A DNA stretch of 64,000 nt. Origin: Octopus vulgaris (Eukaryota). This document shows, piece after piece, positions 54,130 through 64,000 of this stretch. The notes under the pieces are model-generated. The model saw only the letters and a list, made by a program, of their open reading frames with translations. It did not search any database and had not been told where the DNA came from. The position numbers and the translations under genes are program-made. Position 1 is the stretch's first letter. Every line of letters starts with the position of its first letter. Where the stretch lies: contig OX597830.1 of the NCBI GenBank assembly GCA_951406725.2, forward strand, positions 70,618,001-70,682,000, given 5' to 3'.

Positions 54130-55710
54130 AAAGTCTGTAGTTGAGAAAAAGTTAGCTGACATGGAGGACTGCAAGCCAGGTGAATATTGGAAAAGATTTG
54201 CCTCTTTCGTGACGATTCGCACCGGGTATTAAAACATCGACATAATGACTGCTGCTCAATGCTCTGTGAATGCTGTAAAGGAAGTAAGACGTGACATGGA
54301 GAGCTGCAACGAAGGTTACAGAGCAGTAGCCAACAGGAAGCGTCACAACAGGCATTCTGACTGCGTCTGTGCATAGGAGATCATCCAACTACATCTGGAC
54401 AGTATGTTGGAAGGTCTGAGCCAAGGAATCCGTGTTCTGGCGAGAGATGGGTGTTAGACTCGCCTCCATGAAACTGGCTTTAAATGAGAACCTGCGGTAC
54501 CACAAGTACAAAAGGCGCAAGGGACAAACTATGACAAGGCGCAGGAGTGGCTGTGTGGTAAGTAGCTTGCTCACCAACCACATTGTTATGGGTTTAGTCC
54601 CACTTCGTGGCACCTTCGTTAAGTGTTTTCTACTACAGCGTCGGGCCGACCAAAGCCTTGTGAGTGGATTTGGTAGACGGAAACTGAAAGAAGCCCGTCA
54701 TGTATATATATGTGTGTGTGTATGTGTGTCTGTGTTTATTCCCCTAGCATTGCTTGACAACCGATGCTGGTGTGTTTATGTCCCCGTCACCTAGCGGTTC
54801 GGCAAATGGGACCGATAGAATAAGTACTGGGCTTACAAAGAGTAAGTTCCGGTGTCGATTTGCTCGACTAAAGGCGGTGCTCCAGCATGGCCACAGTCAA
54901 AATGACTGAAACAAGTAAAAAAGTGAAAGAGTATAAGAGTTGAAAGCCAAAGAGAACCTCTTGACGAAGGCAAAGACGCTCATCAACAAACTGAGGTATC
55001 CTGTTGATCCGTAGATGGTCGGGTTCTTCTGAAATTAAGAGCTCCTACCAGGACCAGTTGTACAACACTCAGAGCAACAAGTTACTTGCCTTTGATCCGT
55101 GTGATGTCCCGCGTATTATGAAAGCCAAGTTCTCCCAAACTGTGATGTTCTTTTGGTTTGTCTGCAGTGAATGTGACGTCATTCCGCGCCACATCTGTAA
55201 ACAGGGCTTTTAGGGTTCAATTCAGACGGCTATGTGAAGCTTCTGGAGACTCTGATCAAACCCTGGCTGGAGAACATTGCTGCTGGAAGGTCATATGCGT
55301 AGCAGCAAGATTCGGCAAGCTAAAAGAGGTTGTCGGAGAATTTCTACAATTACAACAGCCTCGATTTCTGGTCTCCTAATTTCCCCGATTGTCAACCGAT
55401 GAATGTGAGGGGCCTTGTTGAGAAAGACAGCCAATCGGCTTGCAACACCAATGCAAAACTAGTGACCAATACCAAGAAAGTGTTCGAAAATCGTCTCAAG
55501 GCACAGTGAGGAACGCATGTGCTAGGTGCCGGAGCCATCTTCCGGTCGTGATGCCAGCTGAGGGCGGCTACATTGAGTGAAGTGTTAATTGACATCCATA
55601 AGCCAGACGATATTTTTTTAGTTTCTTTTTAAATACTTTTATTTTTGGACGGGATTATGTGTTTTCTGTTCCTTTTACACAAATTGTCAAATTTAACACG
55701 AACATCCTTT
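54130..55710 (+). mobile_element. Tc1/mariner superfamily (maT/DD37D-like) transposon fossil interrupted by a SINE
   Basis: QDQLYNTQSN..DVPRIMKAKFSQTVM..NSDGYVKLLETLIKPW..GRSYA*QQDS..FWSPNFPDCQPM. Confidence 0.8.
54537..54935 (+). mobile_element. SINE family A, full length
   Basis: AGGCGCAGGAGTGGCTGTGTGG...TGACTGAAACAAGTAAAA. Confidence 0.92.
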
Positions 55711-55734
55711 ATATGTATACACACATACACACAC

Positions 55735-55824
<90 letters not shown>

Positions 55825-56138
55825 TTATGTATGTATGTATTTGGTGTTTATCCAAAGTGGAGACGAGCATCATTCTTCTAAGTGTTCGGCTTGAAAAATC
55901 GTTAAGATATTAAGATGTCTTCCTATTTTTGTTAACGTAAACCCAACCCAACGGTAGCCTTAATCCACAAATAAAGAAATTCTATCCACCAATGCGGTGA
56001 TGAGCTCTCACTTTCATCGTTCGACATTTACGTGTATATATATACGTGTGTATGTATGTATGTGTGTGTGTGTGTGTTTTCAGTTCCGTTAGAAAAGGCG
56101 AATTGCTTGGACCGCGTGTCCAGATGGAATTAATATAA

Positions 56139-56209
<71 letters not shown>

Positions 56210-56228
56210 TGTGTGTCTGTATGTGTGT

Positions 56229-56269
<41 letters not shown>

Positions 56270-56543
56270 TGTGTGTGTGTGTGTACACACTGCTTCCTCG
56301 TTTCCTTACAATTTTGCAATCATCTGTTATGTAGGATTATGTATTCACTCGACCTGAAGCCATCCTAGTATCACCGACGTGATTAAAATGCCTTGTATTG
56401 GGATCGAACGCGCGTTATTGGTAACTCCAGCTACACAAACACGCAAAACACAGAAGTATGCTAGGGGTAGGGTGCAGTGTATAACCAACATGCGGCACTC
56501 ATTCGCTTATTCAAAAGGATCACGTTAAGGTATTGTTTATTAC

Positions 56544-56629
56544 CTGTCTTCCGTATCGATAGTTCCTGAGGTCGGTCTCGGATCTTTGATCAAGACAAAA
56601 GTTACGTAATAATAGTTGCGAATTAGAGA
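56544..56629 (-). CDS. Candidate internal exon (86 nt, phase 1-0)
   Basis: TTCCTTAG| (L)SNSQLLLRNFCLDQRSETDLRNYRYGRQ |GTAATA. Confidence 0.25.
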
Positions 56630-56988
56630 CTAAGGAATCGGTTAAAGTTCGTTGAGACTAGTTATAAACACGAATAAAACATCGACAAACGGATGGATAT
56701 GTATAATATTGACGGAGATGCGAAGAAACAAAACGAACAATCAATCAAATAAAGAAATACGAAAAGATATTCGACCCGCATAGATTTCAATCAAATTCGA
56801 TCTATTCTGATTGAAGTTGTTAAAAAAAATAAATAAATGTAAATAAAATGATGTGATACTATTTTTAAAATGTGTTATTATTAATATAATTAGGTATTAA
56901 TATTCGCTGCAAATATGTATGTACGTATGTATGTGTGTATGTGTATATACGTGCATATACATATACGTGTGTGTATGTATGTGTATAC

Positions 56989-57053
<65 letters not shown>

Positions 57054-57316
57054 CACACACACACACACACCTATATATATATATATATATATACGTATAC
57101 GCGCACACGCACAACATACACACAGACATATGCATGTATTTCTATATACAAATATATATATGTATATCATATATTTGCACCTATGCATGAATATGTATAT
57201 GTAGATATATATATATATATATATACGTATGCATATATATGAATATACATAAATATATCTTTACATATACATGCATATATATATATGTATATTGTATATT
57301 TGCACCTATGCATGCA

Positions 57317-57387
<71 letters not shown>

Positions 57388-57400
57388 GATAGATATACGA

Positions 57401-57441
<41 letters not shown>

Positions 57442-57644
57442 GTATGTATGAATGTATGTATGTATGTATATATGTACATATTTATTATATTTAGAAACAA
57501 TATTGTTGAATTGTCTCTATTACAACTTAGGTGAATTAATAAACAGTCTAACGATCGTTTGCAGTCCAACCCATCTCGCTTTACGAATATATACATACAT
57601 GCATATGTATTTGTGTGTATATATATGTATATACATATATGTAT

Positions 57645-57675
<31 letters not shown>

Positions 57676-57981
57676 CATGTATGTATATGTGTGTCCCCAC
57701 GTACGTGAATATCTATGTATTAGTAATTATGTATATATGCGTATTCCGTCGTATGTATATGTGTCACGGGTGGCAGCTATCAATATAGAAATCAATAGTC
57801 ATAATATTTTGATATCAATATTTATAGATACAGTTTGTTTACAATGATTTCATATTTTAGAAATCCATTGTTATTCGTCTGTTTATCTTTGATCTGATTT
57901 TGTCTTCAGGGTATTTTTTTTCCTCTGTTAATATCGATTATAGTGTCTCAAAGTCCTTCATATTCATGTTGTTGCTGTTGC

Positions 57982-58018
<37 letters not shown>

Positions 58019-58407
58019 CTTATTGTTGTTTTTATTTGTTTAGCCCTAGGTCAGTGTTGATCTATCACTCCAATAATCGAAGGCGTTGAAGCTGTGATCA
58101 TCCTATCTTTCTGGACATAGTTTTTCTCAGATTTTAAATGTCCAATATGTCGTTCATTTTTTTTTTTTTTGGTTTTTTTAAATAAAGAGAGAAAGGAAAA
58201 TGGTTGTTGTCATTTTTTGGGGGGGAGGGGAATCTGACTGCTGCTTCTAGCCGATCAGAAGACAGCACATGACCTCCTTCGTTCATTTGGTATTTATACA
58301 TTCCTACACAGGGGGTAGACAAAATTATGGAGACACAACAATTTAACTATTTTTGCTATTGGAAATATGACAAATTCAGAACTGTTCAAGCCTCTATATG
58401 TTCAAGC

Positions 58408-58630
58408 CTGGCAGACACGTTAGCGCGCCGGGCGGAATGCTTAGCGGTATTTCGTCTGCCGTTACGTTCTGAGTTCAAATTCCGCCGAGGTCGACTTTGC
58501 CTTTCATCCTTTCGGGGTCGATAAATAAACGTACCAGTTTCGTACTGGGGTCAATGTAATCGACTTAATCCGTTTGTCTGTCCTTGTTCGTCCTCTCTAT
58601 GTTTAGCCCCTTGTGGGCAATAAAGAAATA
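58408..58630 (+). mobile_element. Family B SINE monomer with 15-bp TSD TATATGTTCAAGCCT
   Basis: TSD at 58395-58409 and 58631-58645. Confidence 0.92.
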
Positions 58631-58664
58631 TATATGTTCAAGCCTCTATGTGTTCATATATAGC

Positions 58665-58935
58665 GAAGCACGTGGCGTAATGGTTAGGCTGTTGCATTCA
58701 CGATCGCTAGATCGTGGGTTCGATTCCCTGACTGGACGGCGCATTGTGTTCTTGAGCAAAACGCTTCATTTCACATTGCTACAGTCCCCCTTCGATCAGG
58801 AGTGGGGGATTGTTGGCCTGCTCGCCTTGCCAGCGAGGCGGCGTCGTTTGAAGGCTAAAAACAGTGCAAATGTGCATTGTGACCTGCGATGTGTAACAAC
58901 ATCTGATAGCCTGGTCGGTCACATGATCACGTGAT
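58665..58935 (+). mobile_element. SINE with family D head and tail ii; TSD TATGTGTTCATAT
   Basis: GGTTCGATTCCC B box, GTGTTCTTGAGCAA, tail shared with 40970-41268. Confidence 0.85.
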
Positions 58936-59639
58936 ATGTGTTCATATGCATTATATATGCTTTGCACTTCATGATAGAGATATGTGTACAGCTTGCATCT
59001 GCGAATGCTGGCGACCGAAAGCTCCGCGTACCGGACGCCTATAAGTTCCAGCGGTCATTAAACGAAAATGCGCATCGTTTCGGAGCCTTTCTCTCGTAAG
59101 ATTCATTGAGTGTTGCACCCCACTGCTCTTCACAAGTATTCGATCTTCATTCTTGCATCTCCGGACCATCATTATAGCCCCTACCACTACTCTTTGCTAG
59201 TATTCGATCATCATTCTTTCAGCCTGGAATCATCGGTACCACCACATTGTGGAATAATTAAGGTCTCACTCGTGATACAGGCTTTTGTTTTGAGACTGAG
59301 GTGGATGATAATCCTGTTAAAGAAACCAGCCCTTCTCTTTTTACTAGAAGAACTTAAGCAAAGAAATAATATAGAAGGATTCTACATGGTCACCAGAAGC
59401 TGCAGCCAGATCTTCTTCAAATTTCGCGACCAATGTCCTTCAACTTCAGCGACGACGACGTCAGCGACAATATAGCATTGTGCAAGATGTGACAGAAACC
59501 GAAAACAGCCTGCCGTACACACACAATAAAACATAAACACACACACATACACAAACACACACATACACACACACTTACACACATGCACACATGCACGCAC
59601 ACATACACACACACTCACTTACACACGCACGCGCGTATA

Positions 59640-59880
59640 TTTGTGTGTGTGCGCGTGTCATTGTGTTTGTGCTTGTTTGCTAACCCCGCTTGTTAACCAT
59701 TGCCGGTTTATTTACGTCCCCTATCTTTGTGCTTTTGCAAAAGATACTGATAGAATAAGTACCAGACTCACAAAAAAATATGTACAAGGGTCGATTTGTT
59801 CGACTAATCCCTTCACGGTAGTGCCCCAGCAGAGCCGCAGTCCCATCACAGAAACGAGCAAAAAGATAAAATAATAAAGA
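59640..59880 (+). mobile_element. SINE family A 3' half
   Basis: TTTACGTCCCC..GATAGAATAAGTACC..GTCGATTTGTTCGACTAA. Confidence 0.75.
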
Positions 59881-59930
59881 TAACGCAAAGCTCGGAAATA
59901 GCGTCTGGATATTCTGAGAGCCGTACTTAC

Positions 59931-59985
59931 GATGGACACGTGACATATCATGCGTGAGATTTATCTCCCTTCCGCTTGACGCCAT
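59931..59985 (-). CDS. Candidate first coding exon MASSGREINLTHDMSRVH
   Basis: AAGATGGCG start context (Kozak/YY1), two GCGGAAG ETS-like motifs, donor C|GTAAGT. Confidence 0.35.
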
Positions 59986-60634
59986 CTTCCGCTTCAAACT
60001 TAGTATATTGGTTCTGAAATGTAAAAAAATCCATTCCGTTCCTATCCTTTGTGTCACTAAAATTTACAGATTTGCTCAAACATTTCCCCGTTCAGTGGAG
60101 TGCTTCAATAACGTCTATAAATGCCAAAATATGACTATAAAAATTGCTATTTTCTCATTAATTGTCCACAAACGCTCACTCCACACCTCTCTGTCTCATT
60201 CTTTTACTCGTTTTTCTTACTGTTAATTATTTCATATATTATATTTATTCTCTGCTAGTTAACTAACATACCGTATGAGTCAAAGAAAGGGGTTTCTATG
60301 TGATCTCTTGAACTGCTAGAAACAGCACCTAAAATTTCCTGCAATCAAACTTTGTCCTCTTAAAAGTGGGAAGATGACTTTCGTATCCGCGTCCGATGTT
60401 GTAAAAATTTTGGTAATTCAACGTCCAGGACAGGTACATTTTTAACGATCTCGAAGGGATGAAAAGTAAACCTGACCTTTGCGGGATATGATCTCGGAAC
60501 GTAGAGCGTCGGTACAAGTACTGAAAGTTATTCTGCCCAATCCTCTAACATCTCTTCCAATTCGCTGTTTGTTAAGCTGGTGCAGATAGCATTAAACAGA
60601 CACCTACAACTAATTAATAGTTATCTTGTTGTTG

Positions 60635-60934
60635 TTTGTCCCTTCTCGAGCCGCGCCTGGTTCATAAGGGCCGGTTGCCCGGTTTCCTTGGCGTATGGGT
60701 TCCCCACCTGGACGGGACGCCGGTCCGTCGCAGGTGAGCTGCAAGATGCAGGAGGAAAGAGTGAGAGAAAATTGTGGCGAAAGAGTCAGCAGAAGTTTGT
60801 CATTACCTTCTGCCGGAGACGCGTGGAGCTTAAGTGTTTCGCTCGTAAACACACACATCGCCCGGTCTGAGATTTGAACCCGCGATCCCTCGACCGCGAG
60901 TCCGCTGCTCTAACCGCTAGGCCATGTACCTCCA
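60635..60934 (-). mobile_element. SINE with family C-like head and tail iii
   Basis: CCTGCGACGGACCGGCGTCCCGTCCAGG segment shared with the 28018 copy. Confidence 0.85.
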
Positions 60935-61200
60935 CTATAGTTATATTTGTATTGCTATAGTTAATCTAATGAGCATTAAATGTTTAGCTGTAAATATATA
61001 TGTAGTGCAGAGAAAAAATTGTTATTTCAAAATTGTATACTGCAATGTTTTAAAATCCAGATTACTTTTACCCACTAATCTAATTCGAATTTACCTGGAT
61101 CTAATAACTTACAAGGAAGATTAGCAATAAAATTTTGTATGCGCTCCTTAAATTAAAAGTGAGATCCCCATGAAGCTAAATATTTATGCTTACTGTGCAG

Positions 61201-61696
61201 GAGTATGGGATTCAAGCCTCTTCTCCTTATCTCCTCAAAGACATACAGCACCTCGAAAGAGTCCAGAGGCTGGCTACCCGCCTGGTTCATGGTCTCAAAA
61301 ATTTGTCCTACGAAGAAAGGCTGAGGACGCTCGACCTTTATTCTCTTGAAAAACGCCGCCGCCGTGGTGATCTCATTCTCGCCCACAACATCATAAGCGG
61401 GAAGTGTAACCTCTCGAAAGAGCTGTTCTTCACTCCTGCTCCGGAGCGTCGGCTGCGGGGTCATTCCGAAAAGCTCTACCTGCGACGATTTCATCTCAAT
61501 CGAAGGAGAGGAGCTTTCTCCGTCCGGGCTGCGGATCCGTGGAACAAGCTGCCAGATGAGATGGTGAAGATGCCGACGACCGCTTTGTTCAAAGCCTCCC
61601 TGGACCTCAAGTGGCCTGAACTCTTTACATGAACACCACCCTGTACTTAACTCCATGTCCCCCTACATGGCCTTGCTATTTGCTTTTGAGCCAAAT

Positions 61697-61738
<42 letters not shown>
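61201..61738 (+). mobile_element. 5'-truncated CR1/L2-group LINE, uninterrupted ORF2 C-terminus, (AACT)n tail
   Basis: EYGIQASSPYLLKDIQHLERVQRLATR..SYEERLRTLDLYSLEKRRRRGDLI..RGH..WNKLP..FKASLD; short UTR and tandem tail. Confidence 0.92.
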
Positions 61739-61739
<1 letters not shown>

Positions 61740-62519
61740 TTTATTTGCAGCTAAAACAGTTTCGAAAGATAAAATGGAGCTGACTACAAACAATTTGAAG
61801 AAAAGTTATGAACAACATTCATATAGTTATAGAAATCCTTTTGTATCATTGGATCCAAATTTATTTAACTGCATCGCATCGTTTCGCTTCCTTAGAACTT
61901 TATAATACTCATAAAAGCAAAATCAATTAGAGGATATCACAACTTATCAAACCTTATAATAAGGATGACGATGGATGTAATTTTTGTAATACGGAAACAA
62001 TGAATTTATTGTTCAGTAGAAATGAAATCAATCTTAAAAGTCTTTTCAAATCGAATATATCATCGTTACAATAAATCTAAATATTTATCGTAATATTTGC
62101 AAAATGCCTAATGGGCGTAATCCAGTCCATCTTTGTAATATATGATTAAACAAATAAAAAGGTTTTCTTTGTTCCTCTTTTTAACGCCATAAATTAGATT
62201 TTTTATTGAAATATTTCAAAATACTTGGCGAATGAACATCGGAGACTTGTGTGTCACAAGGTTACTCGCTTGAAACAACTCAAAAGCCTTTTCTTTTGTT
62301 ATGTGTATCTCGTGCTTCGAATAATAAGTATTAGATTGGTTGAATCACTGCTTTTCTTTTTTAGGAATCAGCAAAACCTGAAACTTAAAGTCACAGATTT
62401 TGAAGTTTCGACGTGTATGTGTAGACATTATCGATCCATTATTTTCTGGAAGCCCCTATCCAGCTGCTTGTAGTTATTTTCTGTATTTTAGATTATTTTA
62501 GAAAACAAATTAATATAAA

Positions 62520-63106
62520 ATGGATGGCGCCCGTCTCTACGTTCTGCATTCAAATCCCGCCGAGATCAACTTTGCCTCTCATCCTTTTGGGGTTGATTAA
62601 ATACATATCTGTTGAACACTGGAGTAATTTTAATCGACTTACCCCACGCCTAAACGTTGCTGGCCCTGTGCCAAAATTTGAAACCGGGTAAAGGTGGTGA
62701 GCTGGCAGAAACGTTAGCACGCCGGGTGAAATGCTTAGCGGTATTTCGTCTGCCGCTACGTTCTGAGTTCAAATTCCGTCGAGGTCGACTTTGCCTTTCA
62801 TCCTTTCGGGGTCGATAAATTAAATACCAGTTACGCACTGGGGTCGATGTAAACGACTTAATCCGTTTTTCTGTCCTAGTTTACCCCCTCTATGTTTAGC
62901 CCCTTGTGGGTAGTAATGAAATAGGTATTTCTTCTGTTTTTACGTTCTGAGTTCAAATTCCACCGAGGTCGACTTTGCCTTTCATCCTTTCGGGGTCGAT
63001 AAATTAAATACCAGTTACGCACTGGAGTCGATTTAATCGACTTAATCCGTTTGTCTGTCCTTGTTTGTCCCCTCTATGTTAAGCCCCTTGTGGGCAATAA
63101 AGAAAT
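62520..63106 (+). mobile_element. Old family B SINE followed by a young dimeric family B SINE (62691-63106)
   Basis: TSD AAAATTTGAAACCG at 62673-62686 and 63107-63120; dimer junction at 62924. Confidence 0.9.
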
Positions 63107-63779
63107 AAAATTTGAAACCGATATAAAGTCGAAAGCAGATCTATGACTAGTGCAGGCCTTCCAAAATGGTTACGGCTGGCGTTCATTTTGAACGTATGTA
63201 GGTCAATGTCTGCGGTGGAATCGTAAGGGGTAAGAGAAGTAATTACAGAGGATATTGCAATTCTGAGTGTAGGGGATCCAGAAAACTGTTTCTGAGACGA
63301 TACACAGCGCGTGTGATAGAAGGAATATAGGTGAATGAGTTGGGTAGGCTTGGAAGGAGAGCAGAGAGGTGGATACCTGTGGGAGTGTTTAAACACTTAG
63401 CGAGGAGTGGATTAGCACAAGCGTGTGGTAAGTATTCACTAGAAAGAAAAGGCGAACAATAATAGAATTGTTTGGGCATTTAATGAGTGGGCGTACAGTT
63501 GTGGTAGAGGTGAGAGGAGATGGTTGATAGAGAAGAATGAGTACATAAATCTAAAGGGTGGATATTAGATAAATTTAGTGAAAGAATATATGAGTGTGGA
63601 ACGTTATGCAATTAGGGAAATGTAGGTTTAGCGATGGCGTCCACGTGGATAGATGCCTGTTCAGGTACTTCAAAATATAAAGGGGACATAATGTATGCAG
63701 CTATAAAGTGTAAGAATGGTCGCAGGTGTGGCTCAGTGCTTAAGTAGTCTGATTCACCATCACCTTTTTTTATCGTTTT

Positions 63780-64000
63780 TTTGACATTTTTTTTCATGGT
63801 TTACTTATTTTTCAGGCTTTGGAGTACGGCCATGGTGTAGCATCTCCTTAAAAGGGTTTGGTGGAACAAATCGACCCCAATATTATTTTGTTTAACCTCT
63901 TGTACTTATTCTATCGATTTCATTTGCTGAACCGCTAATTCTCAGCGGCGTAAACAAACCAACATCGGGTGTCATGCGATGGTGGTTCTCATACACACAC
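63780..64000 (-). mobile_element. SINE family A 3' part (runs off the window)
   Basis: CGGCCATG..CAAATCGACCCC..GTACTTATTCTATCG..GAACCGCTAA. Confidence 0.8.

Noticed and set aside
61186-61632. 148-aa ORF as a host gene
   Set aside because: It is the C-terminus of a CR1/L2-group LINE ORF2 with a tandem-repeat tail.

Overview
AT-rich, microsatellite-saturated animal genomic DNA. The repeat repertoire suggests a coleoid cephalopod such as Octopus; this is an inference, not a database result. No intact, recognisable protein-coding gene is present, and nearly all listed ORFs are translations of simple repeats. The window contains at least four tRNA-derived SINE families with modular heads and tails, LINE fragments (R4/Dong-type REL elements in (AAT)n tracts, RTE, CR1/L2), two Penelope-like element (PLE) fragments (Naiad-type and Neptune-type GIY-YIG), mariner and maT-like DNA transposon fossils, a complete non-autonomous Helitron and a Helentron-like element. 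Most notable are many minimal type-I hammerhead ribozyme (HHR) motifs, several inside head-to-head palindromes. One palindrome (53624-54129, with a relative at 13733-13930) joins a tRNA-derived Pol III promoter, (AAT)n and an HHR tail, and is a candidate Penelope-mobilised 'ribozyme SINE'. Also seen are a polarised head-to-tail SINE array with an apparent age gradient, a phase-compatible 3-exon minus-strand gene candidate and a probable degraded BTB-Kelch fragment. Coordinates of decayed repeats are approximate.
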